Of a DNA stretch of 64,000 nt, positions 42,084 to 52,408 are shown in pieces (the first letter of the stretch is position 1; every line of letters starts with the position of its first letter). This stretch comes from Actinomycetota bacterium (GTDB taxonomy: Bacteria; Actinomycetota; Thermoleophilia; Solirubrobacterales; 70-9). The stretch covers positions 1,540-65,539 of the forward strand of contig JAFDWF010000208.1 of NCBI GenBank assembly GCA_018268575.1, given 5' to 3'. The notes under the pieces are model-generated. The model ran no database searches and was not told the origin of the DNA. It worked only from the letters and a program-made list of their open reading frames with translations. The position numbers were made by a program, and so were the translations under genes.

Positions 42084-42896
42084 ATGCCGCGGGGGCTACG
42101 ACTTGTGACGTTTTCGACTACCGGGTTGATCGCCGTGCTCGGGGTGGCCTTGGCCTGGGGGCTACCGGCCGGGGGGGCGAGGGCCGAGACGGTGCGACAG
42201 GGCGGACTGCAGGTCTCCTTCGGCGGCAGCGTCGCGCCGCAGCTGCTACCGCGCAGCGGCTCCACCCCGGTCTCGGTGGCGATCCGGGGGAGCGTCGGCG
42301 CGCTCGCCGGCGGCCCGCCGCCGTCCCTGCGCCGAATCGTCGTCGAAGTCAACCGGATCGGGGTGCTCGACCGGCGGGGCCTGCCGGTCTGCCCGGTCGG
42401 TCGGCTGCGCGCCGCGAGCACCGCCGACGCGCTCGCCGCCTGCGGGCGCGCCCTGGTCGGCGCAGGCCACGTCGGCGGCGTCATCGTCCTGCCCGAACAG
42501 GCGCCCTCGGAATTCGGCGGTCGCGTGGTCGCCTTCAACGGCAGGCTGGCCGACGGCCGGCCTGCGATCCTCGCCCAGCTCTACACCACCCGCCCCGCGC
42601 CGCTCGCCTTCGTCCTCGCCTTCGCGATCGGCCCCGCCCACGGCGCCTACGGCACCCGCCTGGTCGCCATCGTGCCCGCGAAGACGCGGCGCACCGCCCA
42701 CATCACTTCGTTCTCCCTGCGCCTCCACCGCCTCTTCGACGTCGACGGCGAACGGCACAGCTACCTGAGCGCCGGCTGCCCGGCGCCGGCAGGCTTCACC
42801 AGCGCCACCTTCCCGCTGCTGCGCGCCAGCTATGGCTTCGTCGGCGAGGCGACGGTCAGTGACACGCTGGTGCGAACTTGCCGCGTCGCGCCTTGA
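42084..42896 (+). CDS. Secreted four-Cys protein, paralog 5
   Basis: Track ORF 41577..42896 was trimmed to ATG 42084. The signal-like N terminus is 'GLIAVLGVALAWGLPAGGARA'. It is the most divergent member but keeps GLPVC-x16-C, 'AFNG..DGRP' and the C-terminal Cys pair. Confidence 0.7.
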   Translation: MPRGLRLVTFSTTGLIAVLGVALAWGLPAGGARAETVRQGGLQVSFGGSVAPQLLPRSGSTPVSVAIRGSVGALAGGPPPSLRRIVVEVNRIGVLDRRGLPVCPVGRLRAASTADALAACGRALVGAGHVGGVIVLPEQAPSEFGGRVVAFNGRLADGRPAILAQLYTTRPAPLAFVLAFAIGPAHGAYGTRLVAIVPAKTRRTAHITSFSLRLHRLFDVDGERHSYLSAGCPAPAGFTSATFPLLRASYGFVGEATVSDTLVRTCRVAP

Positions 42897-42992
42897 GTAC
42901 CCGCCAGTACCCTGGGGCGCCGGACGGGTGGTCGAGGAGAAGTTCTAGCCCAACCGTTAAAGGTTTCTTAGGGAACTGGCGAATTAGGCGCC

Positions 42993-44330
42993 ATGACGAA
43001 CGCTCCCGATGCCACCCGGCCCCTGTCCCCCCGCCGCCTTCTCGGCCTGACGCTCGCCTTGATCGCGCTCTGCGCGCTGGCGCTGCCGTCCCTGGCCGCC
43101 GCCCGGCCGAAGCTCTCGCTGCCGAAGCCCGCGGTGCTGACCTTCACGGTCGCCAAGGTCGGCAAGCCGAACAACCCGTCGGTGGCGATCGTGCCCTTCA
43201 CCAACGCCGTCTACCCCAACTGCGCCGCGGCGCCGGCGGAACCGAAGGTCGAACCGACCAACCTGCCAGACCCCTGCCAGGAACTCGGCAGCGTCGGCTA
43301 CGAATACGGGATCGGCGAAGTCGAAGTGACGGTCGAACAGTACGTCGCCTTCCTCAACACGGTCGATCCGTTCGGCCGCAACCAGCTCGGCCTCTACTAC
43401 GAAGACGAGAGCGGCACCGCCTGGCCGAAGTACGGCCAGATCGACTATTCGGCGCTTGCGCGGGCCGGCCGGCACTACAGCGCCGCGGCGCCGGAATGGA
43501 ACGATAAGCCCTACGGCTTTGCCGACTTCCTCCGCGCCGCCCGCATCGACAACTCGGTCGCCAACGGCAAGGTGCTCTCGAAGACCGAATCGAGCCGCGG
43601 CTCCGGCAGCACCGAATTCAAGTACGTCACCTATCGAATTCGACTCTCGCGCGTGACGGGGACCGGCATGTACGACATGCACAAGCGGGCTCCGGTGCGG
43701 ACCCGCGAAACGGGCTTCGTGATCCCGAGCCAGAACGAGTGGATCAAGGCGGCCTACTACGACCGGAGCGGCGGCGGCACCTACTCCTACTGGCAGTACC
43801 CGACCAACGAAGGCGAATTCGGCAAGATCACCGCGACGAACCCGGCGGTGCCCTTCTCGGCGCAGCTCAACCCGCTGACCGGCGACGTGACCAACGCGAG
43901 CACCCAGCCGCTGGCCAACTTCCACGCCGAAGGCCAGGCGGCGCCCTCCTGGTGCCCGTCGAACCAGACCCAGGAAGCGTGCGAAACGGTCAATCCGTTC
44001 CACATGCCGGCGAAGGCCTACGAGAAGGCCTTCCAGGGCAGCCTCAACACGGTCGGCCAGGCGCAGACCTACGGGCCTTGGGGCACGCTCGAACAGGGTG
44101 GCAACGCGGTCGAGTGGACCGACACGATCACCCCGCCCCCGTTCGGGGCGAAGGGCCACCGCGTCTGGCGGCGCCTCCACGGCGGCGTCCCCAACGCGCC
44201 CGTATACCAGCTCTGGCTCTCGGCGATCGGCCTGCAGCCGCAGAAGAACACCTTCTTCGTCAAGACCTACCCGTGGCTCGGTTTCCGGATCGGCGTGATC
44301 GGGTCGCTGCTGAATGAAGGCTCCAAGTGA
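42993..44330 (+). CDS. Formylglycine-generating-enzyme (SUMF1/FGE) domain protein, divergent, secreted
   Basis: 445 aa with a signal-like N terminus. FGE-type blocks are present: 'GEVEVTVEQYVAFLN', 'VIPSQNEWIKAAYY', 'GGNAVEWTDT', 'RVWRRLHGG' and 'WLGFRIG'. Confidence 0.65.
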   Translation: MTNAPDATRPLSPRRLLGLTLALIALCALALPSLAAARPKLSLPKPAVLTFTVAKVGKPNNPSVAIVPFTNAVYPNCAAAPAEPKVEPTNLPDPCQELGSVGYEYGIGEVEVTVEQYVAFLNTVDPFGRNQLGLYYEDESGTAWPKYGQIDYSALARAGRHYSAAAPEWNDKPYGFADFLRAARIDNSVANGKVLSKTESSRGSGSTEFKYVTYRIRLSRVTGTGMYDMHKRAPVRTRETGFVIPSQNEWIKAAYYDRSGGGTYSYWQYPTNEGEFGKITATNPAVPFSAQLNPLTGDVTNASTQPLANFHAEGQAAPSWCPSNQTQEACETVNPFHMPAKAYEKAFQGSLNTVGQAQTYGPWGTLEQGGNAVEWTDTITPPPFGAKGHRVWRRLHGGVPNAPVYQLWLSAIGLQPQKNTFFVKTYPWLGFRIGVIGSLLNEGSK

Positions 44331-44422
44331 GGGGCCGAAAAAGAACGGAAATTCCGTCCGACCGCGGGAGGACATTTCTCCCCGGTCAGACGTCGGGGCA
44401 GGGCGACGGGGGCCGGCGGACC

Positions 44423-45904
44423 ATGATCGATCGTCTCCCCTATCGCTCGCTGCTCGGCCTCCTGGCGGCGCTCGCGCTGCTCGCCTTCCCGGCGCTCGCC
44501 TCGGCGGCCGGCAAAGAAGGCAACAAGCACGCCCAGCCGCCGCTCTCCACCGCCGCCGGCAGCCTCGAACAGCTGCCCGGCCGGCTCGGCTGCCTCTCCT
44601 CCGGCAAAGCGGCGAAAAAGGTCTGCGGTCGGGCACGGGCGCTGAAAGGGGCGGGCCCCGGGGTCGGCTCGCGCGCCGTCGCGATCAGCCCTGACGGGCG
44701 CAACGTCTACGTCGCCGCCTCGGGCAGCAACGCGATCGCCGTCTTCGACCGCAACCCGGTCACCGGCGCGCTGACCCAGCCGCAGGGCAAAGCGGGCTGC
44801 GTCGCCGCGGTGGTCAAAGGCAAAGGCGACGGCTGCGGACTGGCGATCGGCCTGCTGGCGCCGAATTCGGTCGCGGTGAGCCCCGATGGGCGCAACGTCT
44901 ACGCGACCTCGCGCGACGGCTCCTCGCTCACCACCTTCATCCGCAACCGTCGCACCGGGCAGCTGCGCCAGCTGCCGCCGGGCGCCTCCGGCTGCATCTC
45001 CGGCCTGCCGATCCCGACCTGCACCGCGGGCCGGGCGATGAAGTGGCCGGACGTGGTCGTCGTCTCCCCCGACGGCAAGAACGTCTACGTCGGCGACTTC
45101 GCCGGGAGCGGCGTGATCTCGTTCTCGCGCGCCGGCAAAGCGGGAGCGCTGACCCAGCTCCCCGGCAGCGAAGGCTGCGTCACCGAAGCCGGGGAAGAAG
45201 GCTGCGCCCAGGGCAGGGAGATGGACCACGTCGAGGGCATGGCGATCAACCCGAGTGGCACCACCGTCTACAGCGCGGCGGCCTTCTCGAGCGCGATCGG
45301 CATCCTGCAGCGGAACGCCTCGACCGGCGCGCTCACCCAGGCGTCGAACCCGAACGGCTGCATCACCGTCGAAGCGGTGGGTGGCTGCGCCCAGGGCTAT
45401 CAGTTCGCGGGCGTCAACGCGCTGGTCGTATCGCCCAAGGGCGGCAACGTCTACGCCACCTCGCTGACCAGCAACAGCGTGACGATGTTCCGGGTGACCG
45501 CGGAAGGCGGGCTCGCCCAGCCCGCCCGACCGGAAGGGGAAAACATCCCCGCAGGGCTGGGCAATCCGGAAGGCTGCCTGGTCTACCTGCGCTCGCCCGG
45601 CTGCTCGTTCGGCCGCGCGATGTCGGTGCCGGAGGGCCTGGCGCTCTCGCCAGCCGGGGACAATCTCTACGTCAGCGCGTTCATCAGCGGCGCGATGGAC
45701 GTCCTCGACCGCAACCTGCGCAGCGGCGCCGTCACCCAGAAGCCGGGTGAGCGGGGCTGCCTCGCCTCGCCGAAAGTCGGCGGCTGCGGCCCGGGTCGGG
45801 CGCTCGGCCTGACCGGCTCGGTGGTCGTCAGTCCCGACGGCCGCAACGTCTACTCGACCTCGCAGGAGAGCTCTGCGGTCGACGTCTTCAGGAGGATTCG
45901 ATGA
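44423..45904 (+). CDS. Secreted 7-bladed beta-propeller repeat protein (lactonase/YVTN-like) with a Cys pair per blade
   Basis: Trimmed to ATG 44423, giving the signal peptide 'LLGLLAALALLAFPALASA'. There are seven repeats of about 60 aa ('V(A/V)VSPDGRNVY..S..S..(I/V)..F.R....G.L.Q'), each followed by a G-C-x(6-12)-C loop. Confidence 0.75.
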   Translation: MIDRLPYRSLLGLLAALALLAFPALASAAGKEGNKHAQPPLSTAAGSLEQLPGRLGCLSSGKAAKKVCGRARALKGAGPGVGSRAVAISPDGRNVYVAASGSNAIAVFDRNPVTGALTQPQGKAGCVAAVVKGKGDGCGLAIGLLAPNSVAVSPDGRNVYATSRDGSSLTTFIRNRRTGQLRQLPPGASGCISGLPIPTCTAGRAMKWPDVVVVSPDGKNVYVGDFAGSGVISFSRAGKAGALTQLPGSEGCVTEAGEEGCAQGREMDHVEGMAINPSGTTVYSAAAFSSAIGILQRNASTGALTQASNPNGCITVEAVGGCAQGYQFAGVNALVVSPKGGNVYATSLTSNSVTMFRVTAEGGLAQPARPEGENIPAGLGNPEGCLVYLRSPGCSFGRAMSVPEGLALSPAGDNLYVSAFISGAMDVLDRNLRSGAVTQKPGERGCLASPKVGGCGPGRALGLTGSVVVSPDGRNVYSTSQESSAVDVFRRIR

Positions 45905-47565
45905 GTGATGGTGACCGCCGCGAAGGCGGCCTGACCCGCAAACAGCTGCTCGGCACCGGGGCCGGTGCCGCGGCGGCGGCGGCGGCGATGCTCTCGCCCT
46001 CGCTGGGGCTGGGCAAGGCGTTCGGCGCGAACGTCGGCGGAGAAGGGCTGAACGGCAAGAACGTCATCCTCTTCCTCACCGACCAGGAGCGGGCGATCCA
46101 GCACTTCCCCGCCAACTGGATGCGGGAAAACCTGCCGGGCATGCGGCGCCTGCGGCGTCACGGGCTGAGCTTCGAAACCGCCTGCACCGCCGCCTGCATG
46201 TGCTCGCCGTCGCGCTCCAGCCTGATGACCGGCTACTTCCCCGCCCAGCACGGGGTCAAATACACGCTCGAGTCGAACATGCCCTACCACCGCTACCCGC
46301 AGGTCGACCTGCCGCTGCCGGAATCGCTGCCGAACCTCGGCACGGTGATGAAGGCGGCGGGCTACGAGGTCGTCTACAAGGGCAAGTGGCACTGCGCCAA
46401 ACCGGCGCACGAAAAAATCGGCGACACCCCGCAGGACCTCGCGCGCTACGGCTTCGAACGCTGGGATCCGCCGGACGCGGGCGCCAACCAGTCGATCCCG
46501 CAGGCGGGCGGCGGCTACACCAACAACGACGGCCGGATCATCGAAGACAAAGGGCCCTACCAGCTGGCCAAGGAGGGGGCGCTGCAGTACATCGACTCGG
46601 TCGCCTCGGGCCAGCAGCCGTTCTTCCTGGTGATCTCACTGGTCAACCCGCACGACGTGCTCTTCTACCCGAGCAAGACGTTCGAAGAATCGGGTTACGA
46701 CTCCTCCTGGCTGGCGGGCGACATCGAAGTGCCGCCGACCAACGAAGAAGACCTTGCCACCAAGCCGACGGTCCAGGAAGAGTTCCTGAAAATATTCAAC
46801 CTCACCGGCAAGCCGAAGAAAGAAGCCGAAAAACGCGCTTACCTGAACTTCTACGGCAACCTGATGCGGAGCTCCGACAACTACCTGGTCGAAGTGCTGA
46901 ACAAGCTGGAAGCGAAAGGCCTCTACGAAGACACGCTGATCATCCGCACCTCCGACCACGGTGAGATGGGCCTCAGCCACGGCGGCCTGCGGCAGAAGAA
47001 CTTCAACTTCTACGAGGAGTCGCTGAAAGTCCCGCTGGTCTACTCGAACCCGAAGATGTTCCCGCGGCCGGAGACCTCCGACGCCCTGATCTCCCACGTC
47101 GACCTCCTCCCCACCCTGGCGACCCTCGCCGGGGCGCCGGAGTCGGCTCGCAGCAACTGGCAGGGGGTCGACTACTCGAACATCATCCTCAACCCCGGCA
47201 AGGGCAAGGAGCCGCAGGACTACGTCGCCTTCACCTACGACGATTTCCAGTCCGGCCAGAGCCACGGGCCCTACCCCAAACAGCCCAACCACGTCCGCAG
47301 CATCCGCGAAAAGCGCTGGAAGCTGGCCAAATACGTCGACATCAAGACCGAAGTGGTGGAAGGCAAGCCGGTCGAAAAGGCGGGTCCGAAACCCCCCCAG
47401 TGGGAGATGTACGACCTCAAAACCGACCCCGAAGAGGAAATCAACCTCGCCTTCGAGGGCTACGAACGGACCCCCTACCAGGAGGCCCAGTTCCGGCGCC
47501 TGAAAAAGAAGCTGGCGAAGGTCGAAAAGACCCGCCTGAAGCCGCTGGCGAAGCAGCCGGCGTAA
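45901..47565 (+). CDS. Cys-type sulfatase (alkaline-phosphatase superfamily)
   Basis: 554 aa. The FGly signature is 'CMCSPSRSSLMTG' (C-x-P-x-R). It also has 'NVILFLTDQ', 'RTSDHGE' and an N-terminal export-signal-like 'LTRKQLLGTGAGAAAAAAA'. The start overlaps the propeller gene stop (ATGA). Confidence 0.9.
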   Translation: MSDGDRREGGLTRKQLLGTGAGAAAAAAAMLSPSLGLGKAFGANVGGEGLNGKNVILFLTDQERAIQHFPANWMRENLPGMRRLRRHGLSFETACTAACMCSPSRSSLMTGYFPAQHGVKYTLESNMPYHRYPQVDLPLPESLPNLGTVMKAAGYEVVYKGKWHCAKPAHEKIGDTPQDLARYGFERWDPPDAGANQSIPQAGGGYTNNDGRIIEDKGPYQLAKEGALQYIDSVASGQQPFFLVISLVNPHDVLFYPSKTFEESGYDSSWLAGDIEVPPTNEEDLATKPTVQEEFLKIFNLTGKPKKEAEKRAYLNFYGNLMRSSDNYLVEVLNKLEAKGLYEDTLIIRTSDHGEMGLSHGGLRQKNFNFYEESLKVPLVYSNPKMFPRPETSDALISHVDLLPTLATLAGAPESARSNWQGVDYSNIILNPGKGKEPQDYVAFTYDDFQSGQSHGPYPKQPNHVRSIREKRWKLAKYVDIKTEVVEGKPVEKAGPKPPQWEMYDLKTDPEEEINLAFEGYERTPYQEAQFRRLKKKLAKVEKTRLKPLAKQPA

Positions 47566-47644
47566 CGTCGGCGGCCCCAAACTCGCCGCGCGCTGCGGCC
47601 TTCGCGGCGCGCGAGGGGGGCGAAATGCAGCCCTGCGTGGATTC

Positions 47645-47662
47645 ACCACACCATGGTGTGGT
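47645..47662. promoter_or_regulatory. 18-bp perfect palindrome accacacca|tggtgtggt centred on the start codon of the next gene
   Basis: Read from the sequence. The ATG at 47653-47655 lies in the centre. Confidence 0.3.
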
Positions 47663-48573
47663 CAAAACACGCAGCGCGCGGTCCGACGGGCGAGGAGCGC
47701 GGGCGGGCGGCTTGGTCGCTCGCGCGACGCCAGCACTGGGTGCTGACGCGTGCGGATCTCGAGTCGCTCGGCTTCGGTCATCGGAGCATCGAGCATCGGG
47801 TGGCGAGCGGTCGCCTGCACCTGGTCTCCCGTGGGGTCTATGCGGTCGGTCGGCGGGAGCTGACGCCTGACGGACGCTGGATGGCGGCGGTGCTCGCCTG
47901 CGGCGACGGGGCCGTGCTCAGTCACTGCAGCGCGGCCGAGCTCTGGGGGATCGGTCACGAGGTCCGGGGACGGATCGACGTCACCATCAGGCGGCGCAGC
48001 AAGATCACACGTCGCGGGATCAAGGTCCGAGCCCGGCCCTCCCTCGCCAGCCGGTCCCTCACCCGGCGGCACGGCATCCCGGTGACCAACGTGGTCCAGA
48101 CCTTGATCGACCTGGCGACCGAACTTCCGCCACTCCGCCAGGAGCGGGCGGTCAACGAGGCGGACAAGCTCGACCTGGTCGACCCGGAGACGCTCCGCCA
48201 CGAGCTTCACGGCCACAAAGGCCAACCCGGCGTGAAGACCCTGGCGACGCTGCTCGATCGCCACACCTTCCGGCTCTCGGACTCTGACTTGGAGATCCTC
48301 TTCCGGCCCCTGGCGCTCGCCGCCGGGCTCCCGCTACCGCTCACCAAGCACCGGGTCCTCGACTACGAGGTCGACTTCTTCTTCCCCGACCACGACCTGA
48401 TCGTCGAGACCGACGGCCTGCGCTACCACCGCACCCCGTCACAGCAAGCTCGTGCCGCCAAACGGGATCAGGTCCACACCGCGGCCGGATTCGCCGTCCT
48501 TCGCTTCACGCACTGGCAGATCGCCCACGGCGCCGACGAAGTCACGGCGATCCTCAGGCGATTCCGCTCCTAG
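47653..48573 (+). CDS. DUF559 / Vsr-like endonuclease-domain protein with AbiEi-like N-terminal domain
   Basis: 306 aa. The N-terminal part is 'RQHWVLTRADLESLGFGHRSIEHRVASGRLHLVSRGVY'. The C-terminal part 'YEVDFFFPDHDLIVETDGLRYHRTPSQQARAAKRD' is typical of DUF559. Confidence 0.75.
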   Translation: MVWSKHAARGPTGEERGRAAWSLARRQHWVLTRADLESLGFGHRSIEHRVASGRLHLVSRGVYAVGRRELTPDGRWMAAVLACGDGAVLSHCSAAELWGIGHEVRGRIDVTIRRRSKITRRGIKVRARPSLASRSLTRRHGIPVTNVVQTLIDLATELPPLRQERAVNEADKLDLVDPETLRHELHGHKGQPGVKTLATLLDRHTFRLSDSDLEILFRPLALAAGLPLPLTKHRVLDYEVDFFFPDHDLIVETDGLRYHRTPSQQARAAKRDQVHTAAGFAVLRFTHWQIAHGADEVTAILRRFRS

Positions 48574-48582
48574 CTCCCTGCC

Positions 48583-48962
48583 CTACCTGGCGATCCTCCG
48601 GGCGGCAGCTTCCCAGTGCCCCTCCACCTCCCCGTCCCTTCCCTCCGCGTGCAACTGCGCGCTCCGGGCGATCAGCTCGGAGAGGACCGCCACCGCCTCG
48701 GTATCGCCGAGCGCCGCCAGCCGGTCGAGCCCGAGCGCGTACAGGTAATCGCCCGCCAGCAACCCGAGGTCCGCATCGTGCCCCGCCATCAGCCGCGACT
48801 CGCCGTAGTGCAGGAGGTAGCCCTCGCGCACCGCCTCGAACACCAGCGCGTACTCGTCGCTCATCCCCGGCGCGCCGGAGGTCGGCCCCACCGGGTCGAT
48901 CACGTGCTCGGCGATCGGCGTGTCCTCCTGCCGCAGCTGCTCGGCCAGGACCTGCAGCGCGC

Positions 48963-48966
<4 letters not shown>
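48583..48966 (-). CDS. Hypothetical 127-aa protein, polyprenyl-synthase-like fragment without Asp-rich motifs
   Basis: Trimmed to ATG 48966, which overlaps the hemL stop (ATGA). 'DLGLLAGDYLYALGLDRLA' resembles the helix following the first DDxxD motif of trans-IPPS enzymes, but no DDxxD is present. Confidence 0.5.
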
Positions 48967-50215
<1,249 letters not shown>

Positions 50216-50237
<22 letters not shown>

Positions 50238-51292
50238 TCGGCGTAGTCCGGGGTGAAGTAGTGGAGGCGGATCTTCTTGTACTCGGTCGAGGAGTAGAGC
50301 GTGGCGCGGTCGTCGGGGCCCATCTCGCACTTCTCGGCGATCGAGTCGAGCACCGCGTCGCACTCCTCCTTCGAGCGGCCGTGGGCCATCGTGAAGACGC
50401 TGTAGGGCCAGTCCTCGTAGGTCGGCCGCTGGTAGCAATGGCTGATCCCGCGGGTCGCCGCCATCCGCCCGCCGACCTCGAGGATCTGGTCCTCGGGGAC
50501 CTTCCAGACGCCCATCCCGTTGGCCGAGAAGCCGGCCCGGCGGTGGTAGAGGATCGCGGCGACACGGCGGAGGAGCTTGCGGTCGACCATGTCGCCGAGC
50601 TTGCCGAGGAAGTCCTCGGTCGAGAGCCCGACCGCGGCCGCCGCCTCGTCGTAGGGACGCCGGGCCGCCTTCATCGGTCCCTGCAGGGCCTTGATGATCG
50701 CGATGTCCCGATCGTCGTAGGGCTGCGCTTCGAGCTCGCGCGGCGGGGCCGCCTCGACCGTCGCCGCGAGCGCCTCGGTGTCGCCCTCCATCTCCAGGTT
50801 CATGTTGATCTTGAACAGGGTCAGGGTCGGCAGTTCGCGCATCGAGACCGCGCCGGTCTCCTCCATCAGCGCCTCGATCGACCCCTTCAGCCCGAGCTTC
50901 GAGTCGGGCGGCGTGGCGATCGTGAACCAGAGGTTGAAGTCGTGGGTGCGCAGGTAGTTGTGGGAGACGCCGGGGTGGGCGTTGACCAGCTTCGCCGCCC
51001 GCTGGGGGTGCTCTGAGTCGACTTTGGCGGCGACCAGCATCGATTCGTAGCCGAGCGCGCGGGTGTCGAAGATCGGCGTGATCTCGCGGATGATCCGGTT
51101 GTCGAGCAGCCGCTGGGTGCGGCCGAGCAGGTCGTCGAGCTCCAGGTCGGCCTCGCCGGCGACCAGCGCGAACGGCTCGGGGTCGAGCGGAAAGCTCGAC
51201 TGCAGCAGGTTCATCAGCCGCTTGTCGGCCTCGTCGAGCGGGATCGCGGCCCCGTCCTTGCGCGAGCGCGCCTTCGACTGCGGAACTTTCAC
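50216..51292 (-). CDS. Fused AhbA/AhbB (NirD/NirL)-like siroheme decarboxylase-type protein, two AsnC-like modules
   Basis: Trimmed to GTG 51292 (GTGA overlap with the hemB stop). There are two repeats of HTH plus ligand domain: 'LMNLLQSSFPLDPEPF...HPGVSHNYLR' and 'IIKALQGPMKAARRPY...RGISHCYQRP'. Confidence 0.7.
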
Positions 51293-52263
51293 TGAAGCCA
51301 ACCTGCGGCCTCCTTCGCGTAGTAGGTGATGATCGCGTCGGCGCCGGCGCGGCGGATGCCGGTCAGCGTCTCGAGGACGGCCTGGCGCTCGTCCAGCCAG
51401 CCGTTGAGCGCGGCGGCCTTGAGTGCCGAGTACTCGCCGGAGACATGGTAGGCGGCGAGCGGCGCCCCGGTCGCCTCCTTCACCCGGCGGATGATGTCCA
51501 TGTAGGGAGTGGCGGGCTTCACCATCAGCATGTCGGCGCCCTCCTCGAGGTCGAGCTCGGCCTCGCGCACGGCTTCGGCGGCGTTGGACGGATCCATCTG
51601 GTACCCGCGCCGGTCGCCGAAGCCGGGGGTCGACTCGGCGGCGTCGCGGAACGGGCCGTAGAAGGCCGACGAATACTTGGCGCTGTAGGCGAGGATCGGC
51701 ACGTCGGGGTGGCCCTCCTCGTCGAGCTGGAAGCGGATCGCGCCGACCCGCCCGTCCATCATGTCGCTCGGCGCCACCGCGTCGGCGCCCGCGTCGGCGT
51801 GGGAGATCGCGGTTTTCGCGATCAGCTCGACGCTGAGGTCGTTCTGGATCTTGCCGTCGGCGTCGGGGATGCCGCAATGGCCGTGCGAGGTGTACTCGCA
51901 GAGGCAGACGTCGGTGATCACGGTGAGGTCGGGGTGGGCCTCCTTCAGCGCCCGGACCGCCATCTGCACGATGCCCTCGTCGTCGTAGGCGCCGGAGCCG
52001 ACCTCGTCCTTGTCGGCGGGGATGCCGAAGATCAGCATCGTCCCGATCCCGGCCGCGACCACCTCGCCCGCGTGCTCGACCAGGTTGGAGATCGAGTAGC
52101 GCTCGACGCCCGGCATCGAGGGGATCTCCTCGCGGATGCCCTCGCCGGCAATGACGAAGGCGGGCATGATCAGGTGGGCGGGGGAGAGCTCGGTTTCGCG
52201 GACCAGGGCGCGGAAGGTGTCGGTCCCGCGCAGGCGGCGCATGCGGGTGGCGGGGAAAGGCAT
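51289..52263 (-). CDS. hemB: Porphobilinogen synthase (delta-aminolevulinate dehydratase)
   Basis: Trimmed to ATG 52263. Motifs are 'RMRRLR', 'ITDVCLCEYTSHGHCG' (Zn-Cys site), 'SDMMDGRV' and 'MVKPATPYMDII' (Schiff-base Lys). Confidence 0.9.
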   Translation of the reverse strand: MPFPATRMRRLRGTDTFRALVRETELSPAHLIMPAFVIAGEGIREEIPSMPGVERYSISNLVEHAGEVVAAGIGTMLIFGIPADKDEVGSGAYDDEGIVQMAVRALKEAHPDLTVITDVCLCEYTSHGHCGIPDADGKIQNDLSVELIAKTAISHADAGADAVAPSDMMDGRVGAIRFQLDEEGHPDVPILAYSAKYSSAFYGPFRDAAESTPGFGDRRGYQMDPSNAAEAVREAELDLEEGADMLMVKPATPYMDIIRRVKEATGAPLAAYHVSGEYSALKAAALNGWLDERQAVLETLTGIRRAGADAIITYYAKEAAGWLQ

Positions 52264-52303
52264 CGATTGCGAGTCTACGGAAGGGTTGGTTGGGGTTTGC
52301 CAG

Positions 52304-52384
52304 GGAGGGTCAGGGGTGTCCCTCCCCGGACAAGCCTCGCTTCGCGGGCTTTGAGTGTCCGGGGAGGGACACCCCTGACCCTCC
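52304..52384. repeat. 81-nt nested perfect inverted repeat (29-nt arms, 23-nt spacer)
   Basis: Arm 1 (52304-52332) is ggagggtcaggggtgtccctccccggaca. Arm 2 (52356-52384) is its exact reverse complement. Each arm also contains its own ggaggg...ccctcc hairpin. It lies in the 145-bp hemB/ABC divergent intergenic region. Confidence 0.95.
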
Positions 52385-52408
52385 TCACCGGCCGTTACGT
52401 TTCTTCCC

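Noticed and set aside
47581-47616. GC-rich imperfect hairpin (ctcgccgcgcgc...gcggcgcgcgag) after the sulfatase gene as an intrinsic terminator.
   Set aside because: The stem needs a bulge or mismatch and there is no U-tract. It is plausible but not supportable as a feature from sequence alone.
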